Shown here one piece after another: positions 63,571 through 64,000 of a stretch of 64,000 nucleotides of DNA. Numbering within the stretch: position 1 is the stretch's first letter; the number at the start of each line of letters is the position of its first letter. The position numbers were made by a program, and so were the translations under genes. The stretch is taken from NCBI GenBank assembly GCA_002189035.1, contig NEEC01000002.1, forward strand, positions 1,922,001 through 1,986,000. Direction: 5' to 3'. The DNA comes from Utricularia gibba. Taxonomy: Eukaryota; Plantae; Magnoliophyta. The notes beneath the pieces are model-generated. The model was not told where the DNA came from. It was given only the letters and a program-made list of their open reading frames with translations, and did no database searches.

Positions 63571-64000
63571 TCACGCCCCATCTGGCTGGATGAAAGGATT
63601 TGCGATCTCATCCGTCCCATCTGTTGGGGAGACGAGCATCACGGCCGTCCCTCGGCAGACCTGGAGAAGGATGGGTCAGTGTCATAGCACCAAGAAAAGC
63701 TTAGGCTTCTGCATATAATGAAATGTGCGAAGGAAATGCATACTATTAGACCAAGGCGGCGAGTCACATCAGTAGTTTTTAGTGGGTCTTCAGGGTCTGC
63801 AAAGTGCAAACAGCCATCCCATGTATGAGAATTGGACGTACAAGAACAGATTAGAGGAAATGCACCCACCCTTTAAAGACCACGGCGAAGAAAAGATTAC
63901 CGAAAGTGATCAGGAATAAGACCATCTACTGAATCACAAATCACAATCTGTTCTTATACAACACAGACTCAGGACTAACCTCTGAGAAATTCTATGGCTT
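63571..64000 (-). CDS. LSM7: Sm-like protein LSM7, 3' part (5' end beyond the right edge)
   Basis: Exons ..-63980 (AIEFLRD), 63796-63744 (PEDPLKTTDVTRRLGLI) and 63660-63571 (VCRGTAVMLVSPTDGTDEIANPFIQPDGA*). Confidence 0.95.

Noticed and set aside
63269-63687. ORFs of 60-101 aa on both strands near the right edge
   Set aside because: They overlap the LSM7 last exon and 3' UTR and have no independent coding signal.

Overview
Plant (angiosperm, probably eudicot) nuclear DNA with very high gene density. I read about 19 intron-containing protein genes in 64 kb; most introns are about 70-130 nt and spacers are short and AT-rich. This suggests a miniaturised genome; a Lentibulariaceae-like source is a guess, not shown by the sequence. 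Left to right: 14-3-3 (partial), QUA2/TSD2 pectin methyltransferase, a three-member C/D snoRNA cluster, F-box/JmjC (JMJ21-like), a classical AGP, a phytocyanin-like relic, TSA1, pectin acetylesterase, U1 snRNA, GST zeta, RPL7a, NOL9, GRXS14, a WD40 inositol 5-phosphatase, the AHAS small subunit, ILK, an X8-domain protein, an Ala/Glu/Lys-rich protein, a UPF0390 small protein, a PHD-finger protein, ATP synthase OSCP and LSM7 (partial). Gene models were built by hand from splice signals and remembered homologues; no search was run. I found no wholly new biological system that I can support. Best leads: (i) six genes each short by exactly one base, most likely assembly error; (ii) an exact 84-bp duplication of almost a whole intron plus its acceptor in NOL9; (iii) RNA genes invisible to the ORF track, including a U1 with a variant loop I and a snoRNA with an unexpected guide register; (iv) a four-hairpin array downstream of LSM7; (v) a 14-3-3 with Met at a conserved groove Lys.
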